From assembly GCA_051439505.1 (NCBI GenBank), contig JBFRWI010000007.1:1-12265 (forward strand): a DNA stretch of 12,265 bases, given 5' to 3'. This stretch comes from Hormoscilla sp. (GTDB lineage Bacteria; Cyanobacteriota; Cyanobacteriia; Cyanobacteriales; Desertifilaceae). This document shows positions 1-8,500 of this stretch, one piece after another (position 1 is the stretch's first letter; every line of letters starts with the position of its first letter). Below the pieces are notes generated by a model that searched no databases, had not been told where the DNA came from, and saw only the letters and a list, made by a program, of their open reading frames with translations. Position numbers and translations under genes: made by a program.

Positions 1-2
1 AA

Positions 3-103
3 GGATCCCCCCCAAACCCCCCCTTCCCGAAAGGGGGGGCTCCGGAAGCCCCCCTTTTTAAGGGGGGTTTGGGGGGATCCGGCGACTGGGGGATGCCATG
101 AAC
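3..103. repeat. GC-rich multi-hairpin dispersed repeat (cyanobacterial short dispersed repeat / MITE-like), copy 1
   Basis: GGATC7AAAC7TT (3-25) is a near-perfect inverted repeat of AAG6TTTG6ATCC (60-80). Internal stems are C7TT/AAG7 (17-39) and C6TT/AAG6 (49-67). The core plus the tail ending CCATGAAC recurs at 11074-11173. The left boundary may lie outside the window. Confidence 0.9.
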
Positions 104-133
104 GATCAACGGGTTTTGACCACACCCACTTTC

Positions 134-184
134 AGTCGGTTTTCAACCGACTTCAGCTATTAGCCCGGGGTTTGAACCCCGGGC
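134..184. repeat. Double-hairpin REP-like element; possible terminator or RNA-stability element for the SDR gene
   Basis: Two perfect inverted repeats: AGTCGGTT-ttc-AACCGACT (134-152) and GCCCGGGGTT-tg-AACCCCGGGC (163-184). It lies 47 bp beyond the SDR stop codon. There is no U-tract directly after the stems on the minus strand, and only one copy is present in the window. Confidence 0.65.
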
Positions 185-231
185 GGGCCGTGAGACTAAT
201 CTAGAAGGTTTTTTGGACAATCGATCGCCCA

Positions 232-1044
232 TTACCTATTAGCAATTAAAGCTTGCTCCATCAGCCACTGAGTTAAACCCGGAAACAACCGATAAGCTTC
301 AGTGGCCAGAGATATGGAACCAACTACTTTCTCCGACTGCTTGAACTGCACCGCATCCCAAATTGCTTGAGCAATGTCTTCTGGCTGAGAAACCCAAGAT
401 TGTTGTAACATTGCCTGCATCTGTTGGCGACGACTTTCCGACTCAGTTTCGTCAGAACCCCGAAACAAAGCCCGTTCCATGAAATCACTGTCGATCGCCC
501 CCGGATGCACCGCACAAACATGAATCCCTTGGGGTGCCAATTCCAGCTTCAGGGTTTCGGTTAATCCCGTCACGGCATACTTACTGGCACAGTAGGCAGT
601 CATGTTGGGCAGAGGCATTTTCCCGCCAAAGGAACCCACGTTAACAATACTCCCAGCTTGATTTTCCAGGAAGTGGGGTAGCATTTCTTTAATCGTATAA
701 ACGTAACCCCACAAGTTTGTATTCATTATTTGTTGCCAGTCCTCTAAGGAGGTTTGAGCCATTGTTCCCGTCAGACAGATGCCGGCATTATTAACGAGTA
801 CCTCTATGCGATCGTAGAAAGCCAGGGCTTTGTTAATTAGGGATTTTACTTGTTCGGCGTCCCCCACATCAGTAGGAATAGCTAAGGCGGAAACCCCTAG
901 ATTTCTGACTTCTCGGGCTACTGTCCCTAAGCGATCGCCATTCCGGGCCGCTAACACGACATTGTAACCTTTTCGCGCCCACAGAAGTGCTGTGGCTTTG
1001 CCAGTGCCTTGAGAGGCCCCTGTGATTAAAACTGTATTAGCCAT
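232..1044 (-). CDS. Classical short-chain dehydrogenase/reductase (SDR), probably NADP(H)-dependent; substrate unknown
   Basis: 270 aa with the TGASQGTG Rossmann motif, a basic residue after beta-2 (LAARN), NNAG, catalytic Ser (VGS) and YCASK (YxxxK). A GGAG Shine-Dalgarno-like motif lies upstream on the minus strand. Confidence 0.95.
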   Translation of the reverse strand: MANTVLITGASQGTGKATALLWARKGYNVVLAARNGDRLGTVAREVRNLGVSALAIPTDVGDAEQVKSLINKALAFYDRIEVLVNNAGICLTGTMAQTSLEDWQQIMNTNLWGYVYTIKEMLPHFLENQAGSIVNVGSFGGKMPLPNMTAYCASKYAVTGLTETLKLELAPQGIHVCAVHPGAIDSDFMERALFRGSDETESESRRQQMQAMLQQSWVSQPEDIAQAIWDAVQFKQSEKVVGSISLATEAYRLFPGLTQWLMEQALIANR

Positions 1045-1146
1045 ATTTGACGGTTATCTCCGATATATTTGCATGCGATCGCCTAATTTCTTCTTTTAAC
1101 ACATTAGCTGAAAAATGTCCACCCTACTACTTACATCAGGGGAAAT

Positions 1147-3708
1147 TCAGGAAGTCCTAGTTGGGTGAATGGGAATCTCTATTATAAATTCCGTTCCCTG
1201 TCCTAGGGAGGAAATACAGGTGAGACTGCCACCATGTTTTTCTACCACAATCTGATAACTGACCGCTAACCCCAAACCCGTACCGCTACCCACCGGTTTA
1301 GTAGTAAAAAACGGATCGAAGATGCGCGATCGCACCTCGGCACTCATCCCCGGACCATTGTCCGCGATCGCAATCTTCACCCGATCTTCGCCTGTCACCT
1401 CAGTGCGAATAATAATTTGGGGTGAGGTCGTTTCGACCATTGATAAAGCATCGATCGCATTATTGAGGATATGCAGTAATACCTGATTCAACTCACTGGC
1501 ATAGCAAGTCACCAGGGGCAGTTTACAGTATTCTTTAATTACCTCCATGCTGTGGAGGCTATTCTGTACAATTAGGAGAGTACTTTCAATTCCTGAATGA
1601 ATATCCACTGGTTTCATCTGGGATTCATGCAGGCGGGAGAAATTCCGTAGAGACAGGACAATATCGCGGATCCGTTCAGCGCCAGACTTCATTGAACCCA
1701 TCAGCTTTGACAAGTCATCCACCAGAAATTCCAGGTCTATTTCTGCGGCAGTCTCCAAGACTTCCTCTGTGGGATTGGGGTATGACTGCTGATAGCTGTC
1801 AATCAGTTTGAGGAGGTCTTGGAAATAATCTGTGGCGTGGTCAACATTGCTGTAGATGAAGCTAATGGGATTGTTAATTTCGTGAGCTACACCCGCTACC
1901 ATTTTCCCCAAACTAGACATTTTTTCGCTTTGAATCAATTGAGGGGTGCGTTGGAGTTCCTGCAGGGTCTCTCTCAGTTGAGCTTCCGATCGCCTGAGAG
2001 ATGCTTCTGTTTGTTGACGTTTGAGCCCCAGGGAGATTTCGGTAGCAATAAAGGCTAACTCATCTAAAGTTGAATCCGATAGGGGGTGACGGGCAAACAG
2101 GGCCACAACTCCCAGTAATTCCTGCCCCACAGAGAGTGGGTATCCAGCAAAAGCTACCATTCCTTCCCTTTTCGCCCACTCTTTATCACTCACTCGCGGG
2201 TCTGTTTGCACCGAATTAGTCAGATGGGGTTGACGTTCTTCGGCTATGAGCCCGATCTTCAACTGACCCACCAGAATGCGACTGTGAGGGCCATCCAGAT
2301 GAGTATACATGCCAGCACTCGCTTGTAATTCTAAGACATTTTCATTCAGCAACCAAATCCGTGCAAAGGCTGCATCCAGATAAGTGACGATCGCTTCACT
2401 ACAGTCTTGCAACATCCTTGGCAAGCTATGACCTTGGGCTAGGGTAGAGTCGATCGCTGCCCTAAATTTAGATAAACGTGCCTGTTCTTGTAATTTTTGT
2501 TCCGCTAGTTTGCGATCGCTAATATCCGTAGAGTAGCCAATCATGCCGATGACTGTTCCTTCTTCGTCTCGCTCTAAGGACAGAGAAACAAATGAATCAA
2601 AGACTTCTCCCGATCGCCGTTGCAATTTACTTTCAACTTCGTGTTGTCCCTGCTGCTGCAAGGGGACAACGATACCGTTGAGCAAAAAATCATGTAGTTC
2701 TTCTGGGTAAATAAAGCTAATGTGCTTGCCGATCGCCTCAGGGGCAGAATATTCTAACAAGTCTTCCGCCCCCTGACTCCAACTTGTGACAATGCCATCC
2801 AGGTCAGTAGAGATAATCGAACCCTTAACTTGATCCAGCAGCAGGGCCTGTCGCCGTAATGTTTGTTCTGCGCGTTTGAGGTCGCTAATATTAAATGTCG
2901 TACCCACGATTCTGTAAATGCGACCCTGACCATCGCGTAAGGGATTAAAAGTCGTTTGCCACCAGGTTTTTTTTCCCTCAAATATCAAACATTCCTCAAG
3001 GGTTAAAGGTTCTCCTGTCTCCACGCAAGCTTGCAGGCGTTGGCGAATCTCTGCTCCCGCCTCTGCTCCCAACCAATCTTCTGGTTTTTTGCCAGCAATT
3101 TCCGTACTGCTGATCTTCGCAAACTTTTCCGCTTGTGAATTCCATCCCACATAGCGAAATTCTCCATTTTCCAGAACCTCAAGCACAAATATTAGATGCT
3201 CCACCCCATCGTAAACACTACGGAGGAATTGTGATTTTTCTTCCAGTTTAGCTTCGGTTTCTTTGCTCTGGGTCACATCCCGACTGGTAGCATAAATAAC
3301 TTGGTTTTCCCTGTCAGAGACTGCATTCCAGGATAACCACCGATAAGAACCATCTTGGCAACGATACCGGTTTTCAAAGCCCACAACCTCGTTTCCTTCA
3401 CTTAACCTAGTAACGGCGGCAAGGGTGGTAGCCCGATCGTCTGGATGGACGAACTCGATAAAAGGTTGGCTGAGTAGTTCTTGATTACTGTAACCCAAGG
3501 TGTTTTCCAGGGCCGGATTGAATTGTTGGAAATAGCCGTCCAATCCGGCCACGCACATTATATCCAGATTCAGGGCAAATAGGCGATCGCCTGTTCGGTG
3601 TGCTTTTTGCAATTGCTCAATTTCCTTTCTCTGGGCCTTTAACTTTTCCTCAAGTGATCTAACTTGCCTACGTAAGTCAATGACTTCTTTTTCTAATATT
3701 TGTGACAT
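1147..3708 (-). CDS. Cytoplasmic multi-sensor histidine kinase: coiled coil - PAS - PAS - PAS - GAF - HisKA - HATPase_c
   Basis: 853 aa. PAS/PAC motifs: FVHPDD...[32 protein letters not shown] and [29 protein letters not shown]...LELQASAG...AFAGYPL. Kinase boxes: H-box AHEINNP, N-box [35 protein letters not shown]. No TM helix or receiver domain. AAGGA lies about 10 nt upstream of the ATG. Confidence 0.95.
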   Translation of the reverse strand: MSQILEKEVIDLRRQVRSLEEKLKAQRKEIEQLQKAHRTGDRLFALNLDIMCVAGLDGYFQQFNPALENTLGYSNQELLSQPFIEFVHPDDRATTLAAVTRLSEGNEVVGFENRYRCQDGSYRWLSWNAVSDRENQVIYATSRDVTQSKETEAKLEEKSQFLRSVYDGVEHLIFVLEVLENGEFRYVGWNSQAEKFAKISSTEIAGKKPEDWLGAEAGAEIRQRLQACVETGEPLTLEECLIFEGKKTWWQTTFNPLRDGQGRIYRIVGTTFNISDLKRAEQTLRRQALLLDQVKGSIISTDLDGIVTSWSQGAEDLLEYSAPEAIGKHISFIYPEELHDFLLNGIVVPLQQQGQHEVESKLQRRSGEVFDSFVSLSLERDEEGTVIGMIGYSTDISDRKLAEQKLQEQARLSKFRAAIDSTLAQGHSLPRMLQDCSEAIVTYLDAAFARIWLLNENVLELQASAGMYTHLDGPHSRILVGQLKIGLIAEERQPHLTNSVQTDPRVSDKEWAKREGMVAFAGYPLSVGQELLGVVALFARHPLSDSTLDELAFIATEISLGLKRQQTEASLRRSEAQLRETLQELQRTPQLIQSEKMSSLGKMVAGVAHEINNPISFIYSNVDHATDYFQDLLKLIDSYQQSYPNPTEEVLETAAEIDLEFLVDDLSKLMGSMKSGAERIRDIVLSLRNFSRLHESQMKPVDIHSGIESTLLIVQNSLHSMEVIKEYCKLPLVTCYASELNQVLLHILNNAIDALSMVETTSPQIIIRTEVTGEDRVKIAIADNGPGMSAEVRSRIFDPFFTTKPVGSGTGLGLAVSYQIVVEKHGGSLTCISSLGQGTEFIIEIPIHPTRTS

Positions 3709-3726
3709 CAGTATTATTTTCCTTGA

Positions 3727-4659
3727 CTACCGTTGGTTCTCAATCCCCATCTTACGTTGAGGTGCGGCATAGATGCCTAAATGATTTGCCACCGGACGTT
3801 CCCGCATCGGCAGTTTTGTATGAATTGGTGCATTCAATACCTTTGGTCCTGAAGGAGTTGCCATTACTAAGGTTGTAGAGCCACCCCCGTCTAAATTGAT
3901 GGCAACATCCACCCCAAGGGTCACAAAAAAGTCCGCCAACTCTGCCAGGGTCAGCCCTCGGCTATAAAACGGCTGTTTACCATCTATAACTACTATCCAA
4001 AGCTTGTCTCCTTGGGCATTTAACCCGATCGCAGCCCGCGCATAGTGATACGGCGTAAAGGGCTTACCTTTAGTAGTCTTCGCCTGGGGCTTAGTTACAG
4101 AAACCCCATCGAAGACGAGTATCAGTTCACCCGCGATCGCCTGGTCTGTTCCCTCAGGGCAAACAGCATACTCAACAATCTCAGCCTGGCGATCTGTATC
4201 GAAACATAAAGCAGGCCACGTATGTCGAGTCGCTGCATAACGCTGCCCGCTAGAGATAGCTTCTCCGATCGGATTTACCCGATCGCCTGAATGGGGGAAA
4301 TAGCGCCAAGGGGTATCTTCCGCGAACGGATAAAAATAATTGGCATTGACAGCAAGTTGCACGCCGGAACTTTGCACGAACTCTGAAGTAGTGCTAGCAA
4401 CTACTTCTTGACCGTCATCGCCTGGAGCCCCTGGCGTCACTAAGATTCCAATGCCAGGGGCTTGCAGGTCAATAGCTACTGTGTGAATAACATGGGGACG
4501 GGGCGCGGACCGCACCATGCGTTGGTAGGTTACCCCCTGAAATAAAACTTTTTCTTCATTGACTAAAGGGGGGCGACGAAAATACAAGCTGCTATAGCCA
4601 ACCAGTGGCGTAGCCAATAGCACGACCCATAGGGTTTGCCAGATGAGTTTCTGCTTCAT
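3727..4659 (-). CDS. Phosphodiester glycosidase family protein (NAGPA / DUF2233), exported or membrane-anchored
   Basis: 310 aa with an N-terminal hydrophobic segment (LIWQTLWVVLLATPLVG). Family motifs: AVNANYF, ARAAIG, VIDGKQ..SRGLTLAELA, AINLDGGGSTTL and ERPVANHLGI. Confidence 0.9.
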   Translation of the reverse strand: MKQKLIWQTLWVVLLATPLVGYSSLYFRRPPLVNEEKVLFQGVTYQRMVRSAPRPHVIHTVAIDLQAPGIGILVTPGAPGDDGQEVVASTTSEFVQSSGVQLAVNANYFYPFAEDTPWRYFPHSGDRVNPIGEAISSGQRYAATRHTWPALCFDTDRQAEIVEYAVCPEGTDQAIAGELILVFDGVSVTKPQAKTTKGKPFTPYHYARAAIGLNAQGDKLWIVVIDGKQPFYSRGLTLAELADFFVTLGVDVAINLDGGGSTTLVMATPSGPKVLNAPIHTKLPMRERPVANHLGIYAAPQRKMGIENQR

Positions 4660-4715
4660 AATTGTTAATTGTGAATTGCTAATTGTGAATTGCTAATTGT
4701 GAATTGCTAATTGCT
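4660..4715. repeat. Heptamer short tandem repeat (STRR-type), 8 units of AATTG(T/C)(T/G)
   Basis: Units read AATTGTT, then (AATTGTG AATTGCT)x3 at 4667-4708, then AATTGCT. The array abuts the minus-strand start codon at 4659. Confidence 0.92.
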
Positions 4716-4755
4716 GTTAATTGAGAAAGTCTTCATTCCCTAATTGTGCAACTCC

Positions 4756-4765
4756 TATTATAATA
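4756..4765. promoter_or_regulatory. Palindromic TATTATAATA giving a consensus -10 box on both strands (candidate bidirectional promoter)
   Basis: TATAAT occurs on the + strand at 4759-4764 and on the - strand at 4762-4757, inside the 138-bp divergent intergenic region. No convincing -35 box on the + side. Confidence 0.5.
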
Positions 4766-4782
4766 AACCAGAGGATGAGCTT

Positions 4783-4787
4783 GGAGG
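4783..4787 (+). promoter_or_regulatory. Shine-Dalgarno sequence of the pentapeptide-repeat gene
   Basis: GGAGG, 10 nt upstream of the ATG at 4798. Confidence 0.6.
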
Positions 4788-4797
4788 GGATAAGTAA

Positions 4798-5571
4798 ATG
4801 GAGACAAGTTTTATCAATCGCGATCTGCGCGATCGCTCTTTTTCTAAGCAAGATTTGCGCGGTGCCGTTTTCGAGGGGTGCGACCTGAGAGGTTGCGACT
4901 TTAGACGCGCTCAACTACAGGGGGCGACATTCCGACAGGTGAAACTAGGGATATCTCCCCGTAAACTTATGGTCTATGGCGCGATCGCCCTTGTTGTCGC
5001 GGCCCTCACATTTAATGCTATCAGCGATATGGTGTTTGGTGCTTTGGGTACAAACCCGCAACATCCAGCTTGGAGATTTGTATTAGCGCTGTATGTCAGC
5101 CTCGCGATCGCAGTTTTCGCGGTCCTGCCTCAGCGGCGATGGCCACCGCCCGTGCAAGGAGTCACCCTCTTGCCCGCTGTGACAACTGGGGCCTTGCTAG
5201 GCTTTTATTATGGCGGTATCCTCGCGGATAAAGAGCCACAAATCGCCATCATCTCTGCAACCTTTGCGGGACTGACTATAGGCATAATTCGCTTAGCCCG
5301 ACCTCATGCCACCCTGATGGTCAGCCTCATAACCATTATTGGGACCGTGGCTGCCTATGGCATTACCTTTACTGTAGTAGGCTTGGCTAGCGCTGCCTTA
5401 AGTACGGGAAATCTCCTCCCTGCGATCGGGTGGGGAACCCTATCACTACTCTACTTTATCCTGACCTTAAAGGGATTGCAGACCAGCAGCCAAACTCTCA
5501 AACAGGCTGCTAGTACGAGGTTTTCTCCAGCCGATTTAACCTACCTGACTTTTGACAATCCCCCTGCATGA
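4798..5571 (+). CDS. Pentapeptide-repeat-containing integral membrane protein
   Basis: 257 aa. The N-terminal ~50 aa are pentapeptide repeats (RDLRD RSFSK QDLRG AVFEG CDLRG CDFRR AQLQG ATFRQ). About six hydrophobic Gly/Ala-rich segments follow, then a short C-terminal pentapeptide-like stub (TRFSP ADLTY LTFDN). A Shine-Dalgarno sequence is present. Confidence 0.85.
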   Translation: METSFINRDLRDRSFSKQDLRGAVFEGCDLRGCDFRRAQLQGATFRQVKLGISPRKLMVYGAIALVVAALTFNAISDMVFGALGTNPQHPAWRFVLALYVSLAIAVFAVLPQRRWPPPVQGVTLLPAVTTGALLGFYYGGILADKEPQIAIISATFAGLTIGIIRLARPHATLMVSLITIIGTVAAYGITFTVVGLASAALSTGNLLPAIGWGTLSLLYFILTLKGLQTSSQTLKQAASTRFSPADLTYLTFDNPPA

Positions 5572-5573
5572 TG

Positions 5574-8500
5574 TCAGGTTTTTTTTGGGCCCATGGGAAT
5601 CTCGATGATAAATTCTGTTCCCTTTCCTAGCGCCGAAATACAGGTCAAACTGCCACCATGTTTTTCCACCACGATCTGATAACTGACCGCTAACCCCAAA
5701 CCCGTGCCGCTACCCACCGGTTTCGTGGTGAAAAACGGATCGAATATGCGCGATCGCACCTCATCACTCATCCCCGGTCCATTGTCAGCAATGGAAATCT
5801 TCACAGTATCAGATCCTGTGACAGAAGTGGTAATGATAATTTGGGGTGACTCCATTTCCACCAGAAGAACATCGATCGCATTATTGAGAATATGCAGGAA
5901 TACCTGATTCAACTCACTAGCATAGCAAGTCACCTGGGGCAATTGAGAGTATGCTAGAATTACATGGATATTAGCGCTCTCCAAGCGATGCTGTACAATG
6001 AGTAGGGTACTTTCAATGCCGTCATGGATCTCGACGGGTTTCATGGATGATTCATCCAGGCGAGAGAAGTTCCGCAGAGACAGAACAATATTGCCGATCC
6101 GTTGGGCGCCAGACTTCATTGAACCCATCAGTTTTGACAAGTCATCCACCAGATATTCCAGATCTATTTCTTCGGTTGCCTCTGAAACTATATCTGTGGG
6201 ATTGGGGTATGATACCTGATAGGTCTCGATCAGGTGCAGTAGGTCTTGGACATAGTCATTGGCGTGGTCAACATTGCCGTAGATGAAGCTGACGGGGTTG
6301 TTGATTTCGTGAGCTATCCCCGCCACCATCTGCCCCAAGCTAGACATTTTTTCGCTCTGAATCATTTGCGCTTGGGTGCGTTGCAGTTCACTGAGGGTTT
6401 TGGCAAGGTGCAGATTTTTATCCTTTAACTCCTGGGTCCGCGCTGCCACTTGCTCCTCTAAAGTCTGGCTGTATGCTTCTAATTGCTCCTTGGCCTTCTC
6501 CAAATTATTATAGAGTCGGGCATTTTCCAGAGAAATGGCAGCTTGTCCGGCGAGGAGTTGCAGCAAAGAGAGCCTCTCGGGAGTAAAGGCCCTCGTCGTC
6601 AGGTGATTTTCCAAGTAAAGGATCGCAATGAGCTTGCCTTGGTTCAACAGGGGCAGACATAGTATGCTCTTTATATGACACCGTATCAGGTAGCTGTCAG
6701 AGGCAAACCTGCTTGACTTCATCACGTCGTTGAGTACCAGGGGTTCCCGGGTGCGCCAGACGGTGTTGATGATGCTGACGGGCAGTTCTTTCTCCTCAAG
6801 GGCACGCTCTCCTACAAGTATGGAAGCTGCCTCTTCAGTATAATCTGCCTTAGCTTCAATTACTAGCGTCTCAGCTTCGGGCAACAGCAAAGCGCCTTTG
6901 GTTGCCCCGGCATTTTCCATCACCGCCTGCATCAATTTGGAGAGTAATTGTTCCAGATTAATTTCCCCAGAAAGGGCTTGAGATGTTTTAATGGCTGAAG
7001 AGAAATCCAACAGGGCTGAAGTCCCAGAACTGGTAGAGGTAACAGTTGCCATAGTCATTTGGGCCAAGGTACTGCCGGGGCTGAGGCGAGTTGTTTCCTG
7101 GTTGAGAATGGGAGCTAATAATTGCGGATAGCGTTCTTCTAAATCTTTGACTTTAGCTTTTGCGCCCCAGCGCGCGTAGCCGTAGTAGGCATTTACCATG
7201 TAAGCTTGAGCTATTGTCTGTTTGCCCCAGTCTAAGTAGAATTTGGCTGCCAATTCGTTCCCCAGGGCCTCTTCCTGCACGTACCCGTTTTCCTTGGCTC
7301 CCGTGATCGCCCGCTCGTACAGCTCCATTGCTGCCACATTTTCCCCTAACACCCGATGTCGATCCGCCTCTACGAGCAGATACTTATGCAGAAAGTTTTC
7401 CGGACAACTCTCGGACCAGCTTTTCAGTTGCCCTTGATTATTTTCAATCTGCTGTAGTGCATCCCGCCGTTCCACCTCACTCAAACTGAAATACAGCCCC
7501 AACAAATTCAGAGAACTATAGTAGTAATAACCAGTAGAGGTGGTGGAACCCGCACAAGCCATCAGAAAGTTACTAGCTTCTGTTTCATCGTGAATGCCTC
7601 GCTCTAAATTATCCCTCAGACAAGCTTCATGCATTTGCAGAATGTAATAAATGCCGAGGGGCAGATAGGATTGTGAGGCTTGATGGCGTTCTATCCAAGC
7701 TTGTTCTTCTGCCGATAAGGGACTGGTATCTCGCTCATCTACAGTTCCAGACAGTTTATTGATAAAGAATCGACAAGCAGCAAGCACGCTCAACGCTAGA
7801 TCGTTTTGGATTTTTTCGGCGATCGACCAATATTTATCCAAGTCTATGGCAATACTTGCCAAGTTTTCACCTTGAAATAGTCGATTATAAATATTGGCGA
7901 ATAAGTTATATCCGGCATATTGCAGTTCTCCAGATTCCATCCCCGCCAAGAACCCTTCGTAATTGATCTCTGCTGCCTTTTGGATCGGCTTTGCCCAGAC
8001 ATAAATCCAGCCACCTAGCAAGAAGCAAGCACTAGATCGTTCAGACTTGCTATTGAGTTTATAGCTCAGTTGCAGGGCCAGGTCGGCAAATTCAACCCCT
8101 CGTTGGTACTGATTTTTCGTCAGTCCTAAAAGAAAACCATAGTTGACATAACCCGTAATTGACTCGGGCATATTACCCTGTTCGATCGACAAACGAACGT
8201 TTCTGACAATAGTGAAGCTGTATAGGTCGATGTCCGAGGTAATGTATGCTGCTGGTAGCATATTCATCAACAATTCGATCGCTACTTTCACTTCGGGATT
8301 GCTTGCCGTGGGTAAATCAAGCAAAGAGATAATGGAGCGATTTTCCAGCTTCTCTTCAAGGTCGGTCAACCCTTGTTGAATCAATTCTTTGAGAAGATCT
8401 CTGCTAACTGTAATTCCCAGCCCTTGCAATCCCTCTAAACCCGCTTGAATGGCTTCGCTATAGGATCCTTGTAACGCATACTGATTGACTTTTATAACGT

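Noticed and set aside
2020..2460. Cyanobacteriochrome or phytochrome assignment for the GAF domain; LOV assignment for the PAS domains
   Set aside because: No bilin-binding DxCF/CH or DIP/PCH motifs in the GAF, and no NCRFLQ motif in any PAS.
4660..4715. CRISPR array or iteron interpretation of the tandem repeat
   Set aside because: The units are 7 bp and contiguous with no spacers, and there are no cas or rep genes.
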